From contig JAQGDQ010000379.1 in the NCBI GenBank assembly GCA_030141605.1, positions 62,001 to 126,000 on the forward strand: DNA of 64,000 bases, read 5' to 3'. The stretch comes from Tubiluchus corallicola (taxonomy: Eukaryota > Animalia > Priapulida). Below the pieces are notes generated by a model. The model ran no database searches. It saw nothing but the letters and a program-made list of their open reading frames with translations, and was not told the DNA's origin. A program made the translations under genes and the position numbers. This document shows, piece by piece, positions 38,313 through 53,200 of the stretch (positions within the stretch are counted from its first letter, which is position 1; every line of letters starts with the position of its first letter).

Positions 38313-38448
38313 CCATGCAGTGTTGTAACTGTTCATACTTCTTTCCTCTAAGATATCGTGCTAATTTCAACCTGACAACAGATCCAGTGTTTCTGAGAAC
38401 CTCTACTGCTTCGTGATTAGTAAATCCCTTTAAACTCTGCCCATCAAC
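38313..38448 (-). CDS. MPDZ: MPDZ/Patj exon: end of PDZ3
   Basis: VDGQSLKGFTNHEAVEVLRNTGSVVRLKLARYLRGKKYEQLQHCM; cattttag acceptor, gtaaat donor; phase 0 to 1. Confidence 0.95.
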
Positions 38449-40071
38449 CTAAAATGATACGAAATGACTTTGAAAAGCAATTTCATGTGATGAGCGTCAT
38501 CATCACAAAAACATTGCTGATGAATTTGATTGGTCTAATTTCACATTTACTGCCACAAAAGACGTGAGCAGCTCTACTGTACATACAGTAAATGAAGACC
38601 AAACTGTCATCAACAAAGTTTCCGTGAAATAAAAAAACTGTGAAAAAACAAAACTCCAATACTGCAAACATCAAACTTCGAAACACCAAAAAAATGGGCA
38701 TTTATGAAATAATATTATAAGCCTTTGTGTTGCAACTACGGCAAGGATCTACATATTATACTTGTCTTGCAGTTATATAGCTCTTACTAACAACTGCAAG
38801 TTAATAAATCAATCAAAATGCTCCTAAATTATAAAAATAAATAGTTAGATACAACAAAGCAAATAGTGAACAAATGGCCTAACACACAATGCATAAAATA
38901 TCTTTCACAAGTTTTTGGATCAACAAGATGATGACATATGAGATGCAAGATAGAGAAGCAACCCTCCGATTTATACTAGCTATTATAATATCATTTCACT
39001 TGAACAGCTGCCACTCTAAATGATAACTGTGGAAGTGGTGCTGACAAGACGTAGGCATAGCAATGAACAAAAACATCTTCTGTTTCAACATATCCAATAA
39101 TTGCATATTTTTAAATATGTATCATACATTTATAATATTAGTAATTTGCATGACAATGTTCATAATGGATCCAACACTCAATGGATGAATAGTTGAATTA
39201 CACATCGAACTTAAAAGATTTTCAAATAGCAAGGTTATTAAAAGTAGACATTTTTGAACAATTTAAGCATTTTAACATATTGTTGTTGTTGTTTTCTCCA
39301 ATAATTCTTTTCACCAAAAGAAAATCACACAATGATCAAAATAAGAATGACGAAAAGACCAAAGGTCACCTTGCCAGTCACCCTTAAACATGTTAAAAGT
39401 GAAAATATTTTCTTCTGGTACATGAGATAATAAACTTAAGCAATTTTACAAAAAAAAACAAGGAACAGACTCAGTAATTTACAGGGAATTATAATAACAT
39501 CAAAATTATAAAATATATGCATGCAAATTTCGATACATGCTTTGTAAAATGTGAAATTTACCGTCAGCCATGTCATTTGACAACAAATAAAACTAATTGA
39601 ATGGTTTACCAGCTCAAGAACTACCTCAAGCATTTAATAATTCATTTAATATAGTGACTAACGTGCTATTATTTCAATAACTGAAGAGCATTAAAGAACC
39701 TAAAATCATGAGTAAACCACTGTGACTGTATAACACAACTAGGAGCTGCTGCTGGTTTTAATTTCATGTCCCAAAGTTAAAAAACAACTCAGCTGAAAAT
39801 CAATAAGAAATGAAAACACTGGTTAATAAAAGCGACATGTTTGCAGATTTATTTTAGCAGGTCGTGGACGTTGGCAAATTTTAGAGTTTAGTTTGCACAG
39901 TTTGACTTCAGAAGAGGAATCTCTATTATTAGACTCTAATATTTGCATAGCAGCAGTATGGTAAACATAAGTGGTGTTACCTAGAAGAAAACAAGGGTTA
40001 TATAATGATATAAGGGTTATATAGTGATTTAAATGTTATATAATGATAAAACCAGCATCTGTAACTCAAAA

Positions 40072-40100
40072 TACAGGGTGTTCCAAAAGATAATGGGCAC
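40072..40100 (+). mobile_element. Solo Tc1/mariner-type TIR
   Basis: TA-cagggtgttccaaaag, similar to the TIR at 60416; partner not found. Confidence 0.4.
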
Positions 40101-40807
40101 CAAGAAATGCCATAAGCTAGCTAGTTTTGCAGCCAATACAAAGGCCATACAATGTCCACTAAGTATACTCATACTAGATGGATAACTACTTTTCCAATAG
40201 TTACTGTAACATGGGCTGTGCCAGAAGCCTGGAATCATAGTAATAATCTTTTTCAAGTTGACAAATAGGGGTCTTATTAAGGAAGAATGCATAGAAATTA
40301 TTTTGCTGATCAGGATTAGCATTTGAGTTAGGTTAGAGTTAGACAAAAATAACCACTGTCTTAGCCAATATAAAGGTTATTTTCTGGTTTGGGTTACCCT
40401 AACACTGAGCTGAACCCCAACACGTGTGTTAGGAAAGACGGGGTCATTTTGAGCTTCTTTGATACTGAATATTATTTTGAGATTCTAGCACATCCTGTAT
40501 AATGCCTTACTGTCATGACTTAACACTCAACAACACTTATTTGTGATTTGATCAATGATCACTCACTGATCAGCATATGTTTACTTGGCTGCTTCTTTTA
40601 GAACATCCTACACTACACAGGAAATTAAGAAAATACAACTCAAAGGACAAAAAGCTTTACTATGAGTGCTTTCTTTTCACATCTCAAATATAACGCAAGT
40701 AAAATGATATAACGTAGAATCTCTGCTGACCAAGTGACACTGCTACCTATGACTGAACCTTTGACTGGGCGAATAAAACTGAGATAAGCATAAGATTCAA
40801 TGAATAC

Positions 40808-40899
40808 CTCAATAATTTGATCATTCACATTAACTCTACCATCTAAATCAGCTGTACTGCCATCTGCAATACTCTTCACAAATATGCCAGAAATCTCTT
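40808..40899 (-). CDS. MPDZ: MPDZ/Patj exon: PDZ3 middle
   Basis: ttctttcag|AA GAG...GAG|gtattc; EEISGIFVKSIADGSTADLDGRVNVNDQIIE; phase 1 to 0. Confidence 0.95.
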
Positions 40900-41390
40900 C
40901 TGAAAGAAAAAGAATACATCTCATCATCACAAGAATTTCATGACAAAACGTGAAACTAACTTTAATTCGAGTCGTATTTGCACCTGGTATAACATATCAT
41001 TGCCATGACATTAAATTTCCATTACATTCTGTACTACAACTTTAACTAGCTAAACACAGAAATCAATAAATATAACCAGAAAAGACTAATAAACAACATA
41101 GAACAATAGGTAACAATACGAAGCAAACAAACAGAAGAGGAGTAACATCCGTAGTTTAACAACTAACAAGCAACTATAACTGGCCAGTCTTGTTTAAAAG
41201 CCCTGTATAAAACACATAGCAGAAAAATCAATCAACTTGAACTTGACCAAGTGTATCCAATAGCATTTCGGTCTTGGTGTGCAACTTGAGAACTAATTAC
41301 GTCGTGTCAAACACTAAAACGGTTTCTTAAGAAATACCTTAAGTCGAACTCGACTTGAAACTAATAATTTTTCCCGCATCAAAGACACTG

Positions 41391-41654
41391 ATGTATTAGT
41401 ACTTTTTGAGATGTAGCAATAAAATGTTAATTCGAAGAACACCACTGCTACATATATATCAGACAAATATGGTTATAGTTTAGTCTATAGCTTCTTTAAA
41501 AAATTGTAAGTTGTTCTGAAACACCGACGCTTCAAGTTTTAAATAAACTATAAGCTAAACTTACTAAACTACGGCATGTATGCATGACTGCAATCTAGCA
41601 ACGATGTTGTTCAACATTACACATAATAGCTACATCTCAAAAGTACTAATATAC
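41391..41654. repeat. Degenerate long palindrome / foldback element (about 265 bp)
   Basis: tattagtactttttgagatgtagc ... gctacatctcaaaagtactaata, with imperfect complementarity continuing inward to about 41520. Confidence 0.8.
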
Positions 41655-44140
41655 GAGTATTATTCTTCGTGTTCCTAATACAATAAAAGCTTTTTCAGCA
41701 GCGCCAGTAAATTGAAACTACCATCCTTACACACTGCAGCAAATAAACTCATTTGTAACCTTGAAGACTGTTTGATCAAACCATTCTTGCTGAAAAAGAT
41801 TTCAGATCTCATCATAACTTTACAAAGCTAATTTCATTGCACAATGCATGCACAGCCTCACGCACAATCAATTTTCCACTAATGTTTCCGCTTCCATGTT
41901 TTTCAGAAAATTCTAGCAAATCAAATGTTTGTCAATGGTTTTCACAACACATATCTATGTACCTGGTCTGCAACTGTACAATATTCTAACTGCACTATCA
42001 GTATATAACGTCAGACTTAATCCACTTAATTTTTCTGTCTCACTCAGCAAGGCAATTGGATGGTATTACACGCTATCCAATTAAAACGAATTTTCTGCTC
42101 TGGATAAGAAATCAGTAGCAATTTTTCAATACATTCAAAATTTTCAGCCTTTGAAAATAAGCCTGCCTACTCAAACATGTCAGTTCGTTAGATTTTTCTA
42201 TACTAATGCAATTAAACTACAAAATCAGAGAATATAGTATCTGCCATGCAAAATAAGGGTAAGCGACCAATTCACAAGAAAAAATTTGGAGAAAATTTTT
42301 CGTATAAAATTTCCCAGTAAAGTTATCCATAAGCCGCATAACGAAATTACCACATCACAGTGAATAATTGTGCCACATAATGAGATTCTGAGGCTGACAA
42401 AAGCAAGTGACAAATTGAATACAAAATGCTTTACTAATACTTCTAACAGGAGCAAGTTACACTGAAAATGACACAAAGAGTGTTTTTAGTACTTCACAGC
42501 ATGAAAACCGAAGAACGCATCATTCAGTATTAATCGTACCAAAGCGAATTAAATGTCAACCAATAAGCAACTCCACTGTGCACTGAATAAAAATAATGCA
42601 AAAACATAGAATACTGTTAGGCTACCTACAGTGGCTCTAGCTTATTTTAACCTGAGCTGCTCAAAATGGAATTTCAACTATGTTCAAGAGAGTCAAGTAT
42701 GATTTTCCAAGTCAGATACAGAATTACATTTAAACATTTCACAATGAAAACGTGACAAAGCTACTTAACTAATGGGAAATTGCTTGCATTTGTAATCTAA
42801 TTTACAATGTCGCTCTGACAAAAGTTTATTAGATCAAACAAAACATGACAAGTGACTTCAGTCAGTAATTTCCAGCAATAATTAATGCAGTTACGCCAAC
42901 AATGGTTTGACTTGCAATTAGAAATGATTCTTGTACATGTTACTGCGGAATGCTCAAAAACTCCTTTGACTGCATGGCATAATTGTGATTTTAAAAGCAG
43001 TATTTGTAGTGCCACAGCCGAAAAGCCATGTTCCAAGATTGCTAATTCGAGGCTCACTAGTTCAATACCTGCTGAACATTATTTTTTAATTCAACAAAAA
43101 AAACAATAAAAAACAAAAGTAGTTATCTAAGATGTTGCCAAAACAAACACACTACAAAAAGCAAAGACGTCAATACTCACATACAATGCTCACACAAAAA
43201 ACAGAATAAGTAATTCAGAAAAATTGTTAAAAAATGGAATCGCCCTCCACAGAGATGGAGCGATGGAAAGCAAGACCTTATAATTCACAAAATTGCTGTA
43301 TCTTGTTAAAAAGTGAGCAAGTTTAGTGGATTTGTTTGGAATTTTTTGGAAAAGGCGCTGAATGCACATTAAAGCAGCATTTACATTGATGAATATTCAT
43401 AACACCAGCACACGTTTTATCCATGAATGCATTATATTGAGTATTGTTACCAAAGCTAACTCATATGGCTTGTACTATAGTTCACCCACAGTACGCTTTC
43501 CACAAACTTGTGTGCCGACTTGACCAACGCATGATGTAAAAACCACCAGCTAAATCGTTACAAGTACCTTACAGACAAAATCAAGCACGCACTTGGCTTC
43601 CAACTGAATAAATGTCAATACTTTTCATGAAACAAGCCAAAGTACTAGCTTTTGACCTTAAAAATACCTACTGTATAAATAAGCACAGTGCACAAGAACA
43701 AACGACAATGACATTTAACTCAAGGAAGCCTCTCCCATCTGATATCAGCCAACCAAATAAGTGAAAGACTGGTCAGTAAGCAATAAATCAGCAATATGTA
43801 TTGTAATAGCAATATGAACTTGGTTTTTCTTGAATTAAAAGATGACAAGCTAATCTCTGTCCCTATTTAAGCAAAATCAAAATCTGTTCCATGATAGGGG
43901 ACCTCTTAAAAACATTGAGGAACAGCAGAAGAATCTCACACCCAGAAGAAACATGCCCATCACAAATAACATGCAATCAGAGACAATTCAGATTAGTCGA
44001 TATAATACTAATAGCATACTGTCATCTATACTGCATGATCAATGTATGTGGAGTTGGCATTTTGATGATGCGACCCTATCATAAACCTTGAAATCTTGGA
44101 TACTCTAAACTCCATCAAAATGCTTGATGATTAACAAGTA

Positions 44141-44928
44141 AACATCACCAGTGGACCAAGAAGAGGAGAAAACCATATTACACATCAGCAGTGCCCCAAG
44201 AAGAGGAGAAAACCATACTGCACATCAGAAATGGATCAGAAAAGGGCAAAACCATACTGCATATCAGCAGTGGACCAAGAAGAAGTAAAAACGATGCTGC
44301 ACATCGGCAGTGGACCAAGAAGAAGTAAAAACCATGCTCCACATCGGCAGTGGACTAAGAGGAAGTAAAAACCATGCTGCACATCGGCAGTGGACCAAGA
44401 GGAAGTAAAAACCATGCTCCACATCGGCAGTGGACCAAGAGGAAGTAAAAACCATGCTCCACATCGGCAGTGGACCAAGAGGAAGTAAAAACCATGCTCC
44501 ACATCGTCAGTGGACCAAGAGGAAAAAAAATCACACTGCACATCAGTAATGACCTAAAAAGAGCAGAAACCTGTACCGCACATCAGAAGTGGACTAAGAA
44601 GAGGAGAAAACCATACTGCACATCAGAAGTGGACCAGGAAAAGGCGAAAACCATGCTGCACATCGGCAATGGATCAAGAGGAGAATACCAAAATGCACAT
44701 TTGTTGTGAACTAAGAAGATACGAAAGCCAAACTACTTATCAGCAGTGGACCAAGAAAACCATACTACACATCAGCAATAGCCCAAGAAGAAAAAAGGAT
44801 CAGCAGAGGACTAGGAAGGGACAAAAACCATGCTGGACAGCAGCAGAGGACCAAAAAAAGAAAATCATATGCACATCAGCAGTGGACCAAGTAGAGGAAA
44901 AACCATGCTACATCTTAGCAGTGGAAAC
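44141..44928. repeat. Minisatellite, 40-bp unit x about 19
   Basis: Unit cacatcggcagtggaccaagaggaagtaaaaaccatgctc; homogeneous centre, degenerate flanks. Confidence 0.95.
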
Positions 44929-46985
44929 ATAAGCTGGTTAGGCAGAGGTTGCACAACTGGCGTGCATAAGATAGTTCAGGCTTTTACATTTTCAAGATAT
45001 CTATCATGCCCAGATGTTTTTTCAGTTAAGATGATAAAAGCAACTCATTAAGGCAAATAATACAAATAACATGGAAAGAAAAACAAGCCTAAAGTGGTAG
45101 CAATGGACAAACAAATGGCATAGAACAAACAACATCCATCTTCTTTGATGTCAGACGTTTTACTAAAGCCGTGGGCAAGCAGTTTAGGACTGACAACCAA
45201 GCTGGTAACATCTTTAGGTCCATCAAACAGAGAAAGATTAGCACATTCGACTGAAAATTCTGTTCAAAGTACATCAGAAATCTCATTAGCTTAGGCATTG
45301 GGCTAGAACTTGAACTGCAGACCAATTCTGTATGCATCTCATCCATAGCCCGAGAAGCAGCAAAAGCAATTTAATGCAGCGCACCTCTGAAAGAAAGGAA
45401 CAAAATCAACAAGCACAGCAAAACTGTGCAAAAGTAAGCAGCTCATACGGCACAATGGCAATTACCGTTTGCATCAAAAGGCAAAATTTTTGAAGTGTAC
45501 ATTTATTGCTGCATAGTTTTTAAATGATATTGGAAACTGCAATTTTGTTTGTTAGTAAAAAATTACCTAAAAACGGTACACTGAGCAGGAAATGCGGTTT
45601 TACCTTATAATTTTTAAATCAGTGAGATAAAGAGTGCCTAATGAAGTATTGATTTCAATATGAAAGATACTGAGGTAAAAAGCCTTGTGATTTAATTGCA
45701 CCGTAATTGTATATGCATACTATTGACACTTGAGTTCCAAACTCAATACCGAAACTGAAAATTGAATTTCGGTGCTGCAATAAAAGAGCTGCTATCTAAC
45801 TAAAAGTGCTATTTTTGAATAAATAAACTAATACAATCATATATTGAAAAAAAAATGAAAATGCATTTCGTTTCAATATAGTTCCTTTTCCTCATAAAAA
45901 ACCGATGCATATTCTAATGTAAACGGCTTTGAGAACAAAAAATAGGAACGCTACCTACCGTAACTATTCTCGAGTCTAAGACAGTCTATACTACTCAAAT
46001 ACTACGCAAATAGCATTAAAAGCTTCACCGTGGGTTTAACACTTTACTTGCCATCTCTGATAGATGAATGTGGCTTCTAAGTAAATAAGCTAGGCTCTGT
46101 AACCACCTATCTCTCTCTCTACACTCCAGTTGTACTTGTGTATTCATGCCGCGTTGAGCAAACTTACAAAGCTGGCGAAACCTTGTCCAGCAATTGCCAG
46201 AATACAATGTAATGAAAAGACAGTACAATAATGGCTATGCAAATGTAATAAGATACCAAATTGCAACAGAGTCGGTATACATGATTTACTTTCAGAATCT
46301 CACATGCAGACAATTCACTGATAGAATCTCATGGACAAAATATAATTAACCTCCCACTGTATGTCAGATGGCTTTTTAATACTACGTAAAGTCAAAACTG
46401 GCATTTTCTCGTTTTAACCACAACAAATGAAAATAGTTCAAGATTAACTTTTTAGTGAGATTATGCCACACGTACGATTGTCATAAAAACAGAAGCTACA
46501 ATTGTCTGTTTTAACTTTCATTTAACAATGCAAAACGTTGAAAATCGTTGGAACACTTTCACTCGAATGTCTGTAACGTGATTGTTGTTAATTGTTTTGT
46601 TGCTGGATCTTGAACGATAAGAGTTAATAGTGTGCCATGAAGCATTCATACTATCATAAAGGACCGTGACAGCGAAATTGCAAGTCCATCTGTAATCCAA
46701 CAACTGAATGGACATTGTAAAATACTTTCTTACTGAATTTGTATCTTAGTTATTTATTATACATCTTAACTATCACAAAGTACATTAATATTCTCACAAC
46801 TTCGACCTAGTAAAATATAGTTGAATATTAAATGGATTATAAAGTCCACATTTCAACAGTGAATCCTTGAGCCACAAAGTGAAGATAAGAGCAAACGTAC
46901 CACGGGGATGAATTTCAAGGGTGTCAGAGTCGGTTCCTTTTTTCACTCAGAATAAACGATGTGAAAAATGCTGCAAGTGAAAACA

Positions 46986-47068
46986 CTACAAGTGAACAAC
47001 CCAGCATAACAGAGTCCCCCTCTCAATTCTACAAGTGAACAACCCAGTATAGAGCTGCCCTCTCAATA
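46986..47068. repeat. Tandem duplication, about 43 bp x 2
   Basis: ctacaagtgaacaacccag...ccctctcaat occurs twice. Confidence 0.8.
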
Positions 47069-49923
47069 TAAATGCTAATGCAAGTGTCATTTACTTCGCA
47101 TCATTTTCACCTGCAGCACTGTCAACTAGATTAACAATGATATGCACCTGCATGCAGCATCCATATTGACGGCAGTTATAAACATGTTACTTAGCAAATC
47201 CTGATGCATTATCTTGATCACACTCTACTACAGCACAACTTTTATACCTATATCGCTATGTAATATATAATATATATATAGAATATAATATATAATTATG
47301 TTTACACCTTCATACTACAAACAACTTTTACAGTGATTCAGCGGTCCATATATGCGTAAATAATATGCATAAGCATTTCTACAAAATAAACATCTCACCT
47401 AATATTGTGATATTTTTTGCCACCTTTATTATGGCATCAATGTTTCTATAGCATGGAGCAGAAGAAATTAAACAAGCACATAATTGGAACTAACAGAGTG
47501 CAAATAGTGTTAAAGAAGCAAGTTATAAACCTTATTACATGGGTCACTAATACATATGAGTTCCAGCACAAAAAAATTAACTCAGAACTTATTTTCAACA
47601 CTTAAAATACAATTATTCTAGCAATATCTCACACCATAGTCTTTTCTAGAGATGTAATACAAGTAAAATGCTGACAAAAATTGTGGATACCAAATTCTGT
47701 GAAATGAACTTTTTTTCAAACTTCTGTAACAGAAATTGTAGATCTCACATCTCGCAGACATTAGGAAAATGATGAAATATTCAATTAAAGTAGCAATATA
47801 ATGGAAACAGTAGATAAAAAAGCTAAAAAGGTTCTTGGCTTGTTTTTCTCTTGTCTAGTCTTACACCGTTGAATCAATTTGGAGCTCAAAGGCAGAATCA
47901 ATTAAAATAGTTGAATGTGCTCAAATCAGCTTAGAGAACACTATTATTCTTACGACAAATATTCCCATGTTCATCTGATTTACCATTGATAAGCATTCTA
48001 AAAAAATCAGATGCTTATGCTTATCAAAAGACATATCCTTGACACGCTTTAATACTACAAAGGAATTATGGACAACTGATTTTCATAGAACAAAGTTAAT
48101 ACATAAGTTAACATTTTAGTTAAAACACCAACTCTAATTTTTATACTTTTAATGAACTGTTATATGGATTTATTTTTGCAGCACACAACAATGATACCTG
48201 TTTCTGTTTACGCAACAAAACACATACACAACATTTAGCACGTGACACAATAATACAGAAGAACTGAGCATCTCTGGCAAGAAGAATTGGGCATTAAAAG
48301 CTCTGGACTCTGACCATCAAAAGGGCAAATCGCAAAAATAATATTGTGTATATAATTCACCTTTGATATGTGAAGTCACTGAAATCAGATAGGACTGTAA
48401 ATTTTTGATACAGCTTGCATGATAAACCAGACAAGTCACACAATGTTCCTTGTGCTGACCACTTGACCAGCATTGAGGTTTCAGCGGCTTAGTGCTTCGA
48501 GTCTGCTGTCAAGGTGATGCGCTGACCTCTATTACCTCCTTTAGATCAACTCTGCATTAGAAACATCCAAAACTCTCCTTTGAAGAGAATTACAAGAACT
48601 AATCTACTTGACATTTCCATAATCTGCTTCTAAAGCAGCTTATTTGGGGAAATGGAACATGCATGTATGTAAAAAACAACAATCAATAATACTCACTGAA
48701 TACATAAGCAAAACGTGTACACTTGTGTATGTCACAGTCAAATAAATGGTATAAATAGTAGAATTCACCATAACAAACAGTCAAATCTGCTATTTCTGAT
48801 TTATTAAAAAACCATAACTATGTAACATTCGCATTCACACGGTATTAGAGACATATTAATAGCGAATTATTTAGCTAGAACCTCACAGTAGATAGCTGAT
48901 AATATCCAGAAGACCACAAGAGGAAAAACACATCCGCAATGTGTGGCTGCAGCTTCACAATGAAGCCAGTGACGGATGGTTTCCCAGGGCTTAATGACAC
49001 GTATAGCCGCCTTAGCGAGGAACGTAATCCTACGCAACGCATTATTAGCATGGCAGCTACGTAATATTGGCACTCTAATTATTATACAAGGTGTTACTTT
49101 ACAAATACTAGATATAGGTTTTCTGAGAAAACAGAGCCTGTGGCTGCCTAAAGCTTAAAGAAACTTAAGAAACGATCATAGAACAGGAAGAAATTGTTAA
49201 AAGGAAGCAAGGCATCAAAACAAAGAAGAAACAGATACATGGCCATAAATGCAAATAAGCCGTATCTGTCATCGTAAAAGGCAGCGATTTATGGCATATC
49301 ATCAGGAACAGCTGATAATATCGTGTTCTTTTTTGCCAATTACATAATTCATTTTTTAATTTTGCAAACTGTAAAGTGTAAACATTATTACTGTTATTTA
49401 GCTGGTGGCAATAAAATGATGCATAATTTAAACTGAATACTCAATTTTCAATCAAAACAAAAGAAGTCGTGAACCAAGTAAAAAAAGACAAGTGAAAAAT
49501 CTGACGTTAAAGCACCAACTGAGAGTTCATTACCATCTTGTCAAGATGATGTGGTGAACCGAGTAATGGCCGAGCGTGACCGAGCGTGACCGGAATGCCC
49601 CAGAACCAATGAGCTAAATGAAAACTGCAAATAAAGCACTCGTTCAAAATATCAGCAACGACTTGTCTTCTTCATGAATTTCTGATGAGGAAACACTCAA
49701 TTTGCCCATGTAATTACAGCTGAGAAAAGACTCTAGGGCAGAGTGACCCGAAAATTGCGTCAAAGAGAGTATGAAAAAAACAGAATTTCAAACTATTCCT
49801 GATATACAGCTTTTTTCGAATATGCTGGCTTGCAACAGGTGCTGGTGATCTGTTCGTTTTTACACAACAAAGTTAAACAGAAATACTAGCAAATTCAACC
49901 TCAAGAAATGTATTTATTCAAAC

Positions 49924-50233
49924 TATAGGGTTGTGCAAAAAAAACGTTCCCTCAATGTAACCCTTCATCCTGGTGGAGGCATTCGTAAAAGAGATCCTCA
50001 TTACCATGCAGCCCGGTTTTCCTATTTGCAGTTTTTTTTTTACTTGCCGTTCCTAGAGGAACAACGAGCTTAGGAAAAACATCCTAGCGACACTTGACGG
50101 GAGTCTTGGAGAGAAATTTACAGCTCTCAGGAAAGAGGAGAAACTGGCCTACATGATCTGTTTTACAAAAGCCTCTACCAGCATGCAGGCTATGAGTTAA
50201 TTTAGGGGAAAGTTTTTTCAAGATGATCCTGTA
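49924..50233. mobile_element. Possible old Tc1/mariner MITE
   Basis: tatagggttgtgcaaaaaaaacgttccc vs reverse complement of the right end tacaggatcatcttgaaaaaactttccc; about two-thirds identical, TA at both ends. Confidence 0.45.
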
Positions 50234-53200
50234 AGAAATACATGCATAGATTTCACTATTGGAGACCCAGATTAAAACAAGGACTTATCATTTTGTTCAG
50301 ACCTCAACTGGGTGAAAATCTGCAGCAGATTCAGCAAACCAGGTAAACTCCAGAAGCAGAAAATCCAGGCACACAGCAACAAAATGTTCCTTGACTGCTA
50401 ATGACCATAAATTAGACGTTACATTTTACAAAGGACACGAACATTTCTCTTGTTCACCATTTTTTATAAAATGCAGTTCTAGAAAGCCACAGCAAATGAG
50501 CAGGTAACGAGCAGGTAAATGTTTAGCAAAATATTATCCATAGAAGAGATTAGATTCAACCTTTTGAGTAGTACATCTTATTGCTTTGTAAATTTGCCCA
50601 GTGGCCAGTTTTGCAGAACCTGGACAAACTTATAATAGTAAGCAAGGTCGGGTTGCTCACTTCCCAATGTTGTACACACATGGACATTTGTGCTACAACA
50701 GTAATCATCACTAAACAATATATTTGCTGATCCAATGCATCCCAAGAAAAAAATAGTAAAACATCTGAATGGTAACTAGTCGAGTGATTTGTGTTCGATT
50801 GTCAATTTTGTTTATTTGATGCACACACCCCATGAGTGTGCACTGGCACTTCTAATTTGTTTAGTTTTTATTTATTTATTTGCAGCATATCTTTATGTTG
50901 TCATTCAAAGCCTTTAAGTGAGTACTGCCTGCAAGGTAAAGTGTATTATTTGTACTTGTTTTTATTTTTCTATAACATACTAACAACAACTTTTGATATC
51001 TCGCACATCTCTATCATCTAAAGGAAGTCTAGGATTTTGTAAACAAGCAAAATGCAATCTGTGTACATCACGCTTGCAGTAATTCCACTCTATGTCATGG
51101 CTTTGTCGTTGTTGCAAATTTTACAGAGGAGAACGTGCAATTTTACAGAAGTTAACGGAGCGAAAGGCTGATCACTTTCAATCAGGAACAAATCCCTCTA
51201 TGTGCTGGGAAATGATGGTCTTTCATTATCGATACATCGTGCGACATCGAAGTTTTCATTTATCAGAAAGGCCTGTAAAGAGCAACAGTTCCAGGATAAG
51301 AAGTTCACAAACCAGATAGGCTAGAACTGTGCTGTGAATTTCCACATACTGGTTAATACTGTATATCCGACCTGTATGACAGGAAAAATCATGTTTACTA
51401 GAAGCAACAGAATAGCAATTCACTTCCAAATCCCTACAGTGGCAAAGACAGAAGGCCCTTGCAATAAGCTCAACCACACTGGGCAATCAACATTCAAATT
51501 CCCAAACCTTAGCAACAACTATACAATAACAATATTACTGGTCGGCTAGCATTTAAAATATCGATAAAAGTTACAACATTGATTGCCTGAAAAAAGATAT
51601 TTTATAGTAATGTCTTCATACAGCGGTAATCAGATTACAAGTTTTTATCACATATATATTGCAGAATTCAATTGGTCTAGACATTAGGCATTTTAAGGTG
51701 AAGGATGAAGGACAGAAGAAAAACGGCAAAAGTACAAGAAACGATAAGATTCCACAATCTCTCGAATGCCATCCATGTTGTCACAAGTTTCATGCAAGAA
51801 CTGGTGCCATGGATCAACTTCCACCACAAAGGAGGAATGAAAATGCTAGGAATTTGCATTCTTGGACAATTTGAAGACAAAGCAAAAGATGAGCTAAAGA
51901 TTTGTAAACAGGTTTTCCCCACTTTCCAATTTTAAAATATTGCGGAATAAAATGTTTGTTTAACCAAGGAAACAAGCTGTAATTTGATTTGGTTTGCCTG
52001 CCAAATAGTCCTGTTCAATTCTCCATCAAATACACATGTACTGAAAGTAATGCAATTAGGTGGTCACTGGATCACTAGGCACACTGCTTAATAAAGGTCA
52101 ATCATTATATTGATCGATCCCCAGCAAGATGCAGTCGTAATCGTAAATATTTACTTTATTACACATACATATGATCAAATAAATTTGCACAGCATTTCAT
52201 ACAAAATATCTTAAAAGAAACAGCATATTGAAAACTTGTACAGATCATTGCAATAATGAAACGTGAGTTCACAAACCAACGCATGACAGATGAATATGAT
52301 GATTCTTATGTGTTATTTGCTCTTTTTATTTTTGCAAATGTATTACCATTATTATTTCTTTTTGCAAATATAAACAAGCCTATGGTAAGCCATGCAGCTT
52401 CCAGTGTCAAAAATTACTCTAAAAAGTGAAATTTCACTAGTAAAAAAAGACAAAGTAGAATAAAATAATGAGATATGAAACTAAAGGTAGTGGATAACCA
52501 CAAAATTTGGGAAAATCCACAGATATTCACATAACTACGAAAACTATAAACGGATAAAAGTAAAGCATGCAGAAACAGACAACAGCTTTTACAAGTTTAG
52601 TACAGCAAAAGGCATTAACAAATACGATTAGTTATGACTGCTGCTAACATTTTTATTGCATTTGATTTATAGACCTGGCTCAATTGATCGATTCAAGTAT
52701 AAATTCGATTTATAGGCTTAATCTAATAATCGAAGCTACTGATCTGCTCATTGCAAACAACTCTTTCGAAATCATTTTACCACTTGTAATAATTAACGTG
52801 TCTCAACAAAATTTGTTGTCAAAAGCACCCAAAGAGGCCACTCGTCAGTTACACTAACCTGATATAACAAAGTAAAATAAAATGTGACAGCCAAACATCA
52901 GCAGCAACACTAAGAGCATTACTATCCATCTACTGATTCAGTTGCATCCATCTAACTAAACAGAACAGTAGCAACTCAATCAAACTACCAAACTAGAATG
53001 ACACTTGAATGAAATTGCTAGAACCATCAAAGTTATCAAAAGCTGATCGTGTACAAAGTAAAATCATTATGTCATTAATAGCAAATAATCGTCCATGAGC
53101 ATAACATTAGCCCAGCCATTGACAAATTTGATGCACCATATAAAAAGCATATATACCGGGCTGCTTCCAGACTGGCTTCACATTAAAAATACTTGCAAGT

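Noticed and set aside
44236-45051. Overlapping ORFs on both strands
   Set aside because: Artefacts of the 40-bp tandem array
45089-45400. Strong minus-strand acceptor near 45387 with an 85-aa ORF
   Set aside because: In the host phase it stops after about 33 codons, and no frame gives a recognisable protein
49530-49625. GC-rich exon-like segment with a gaccgagcgt tandem repeat
   Set aside because: At 80 nt it is not frame-preserving for the phase 1/1 intron, and there is no other support
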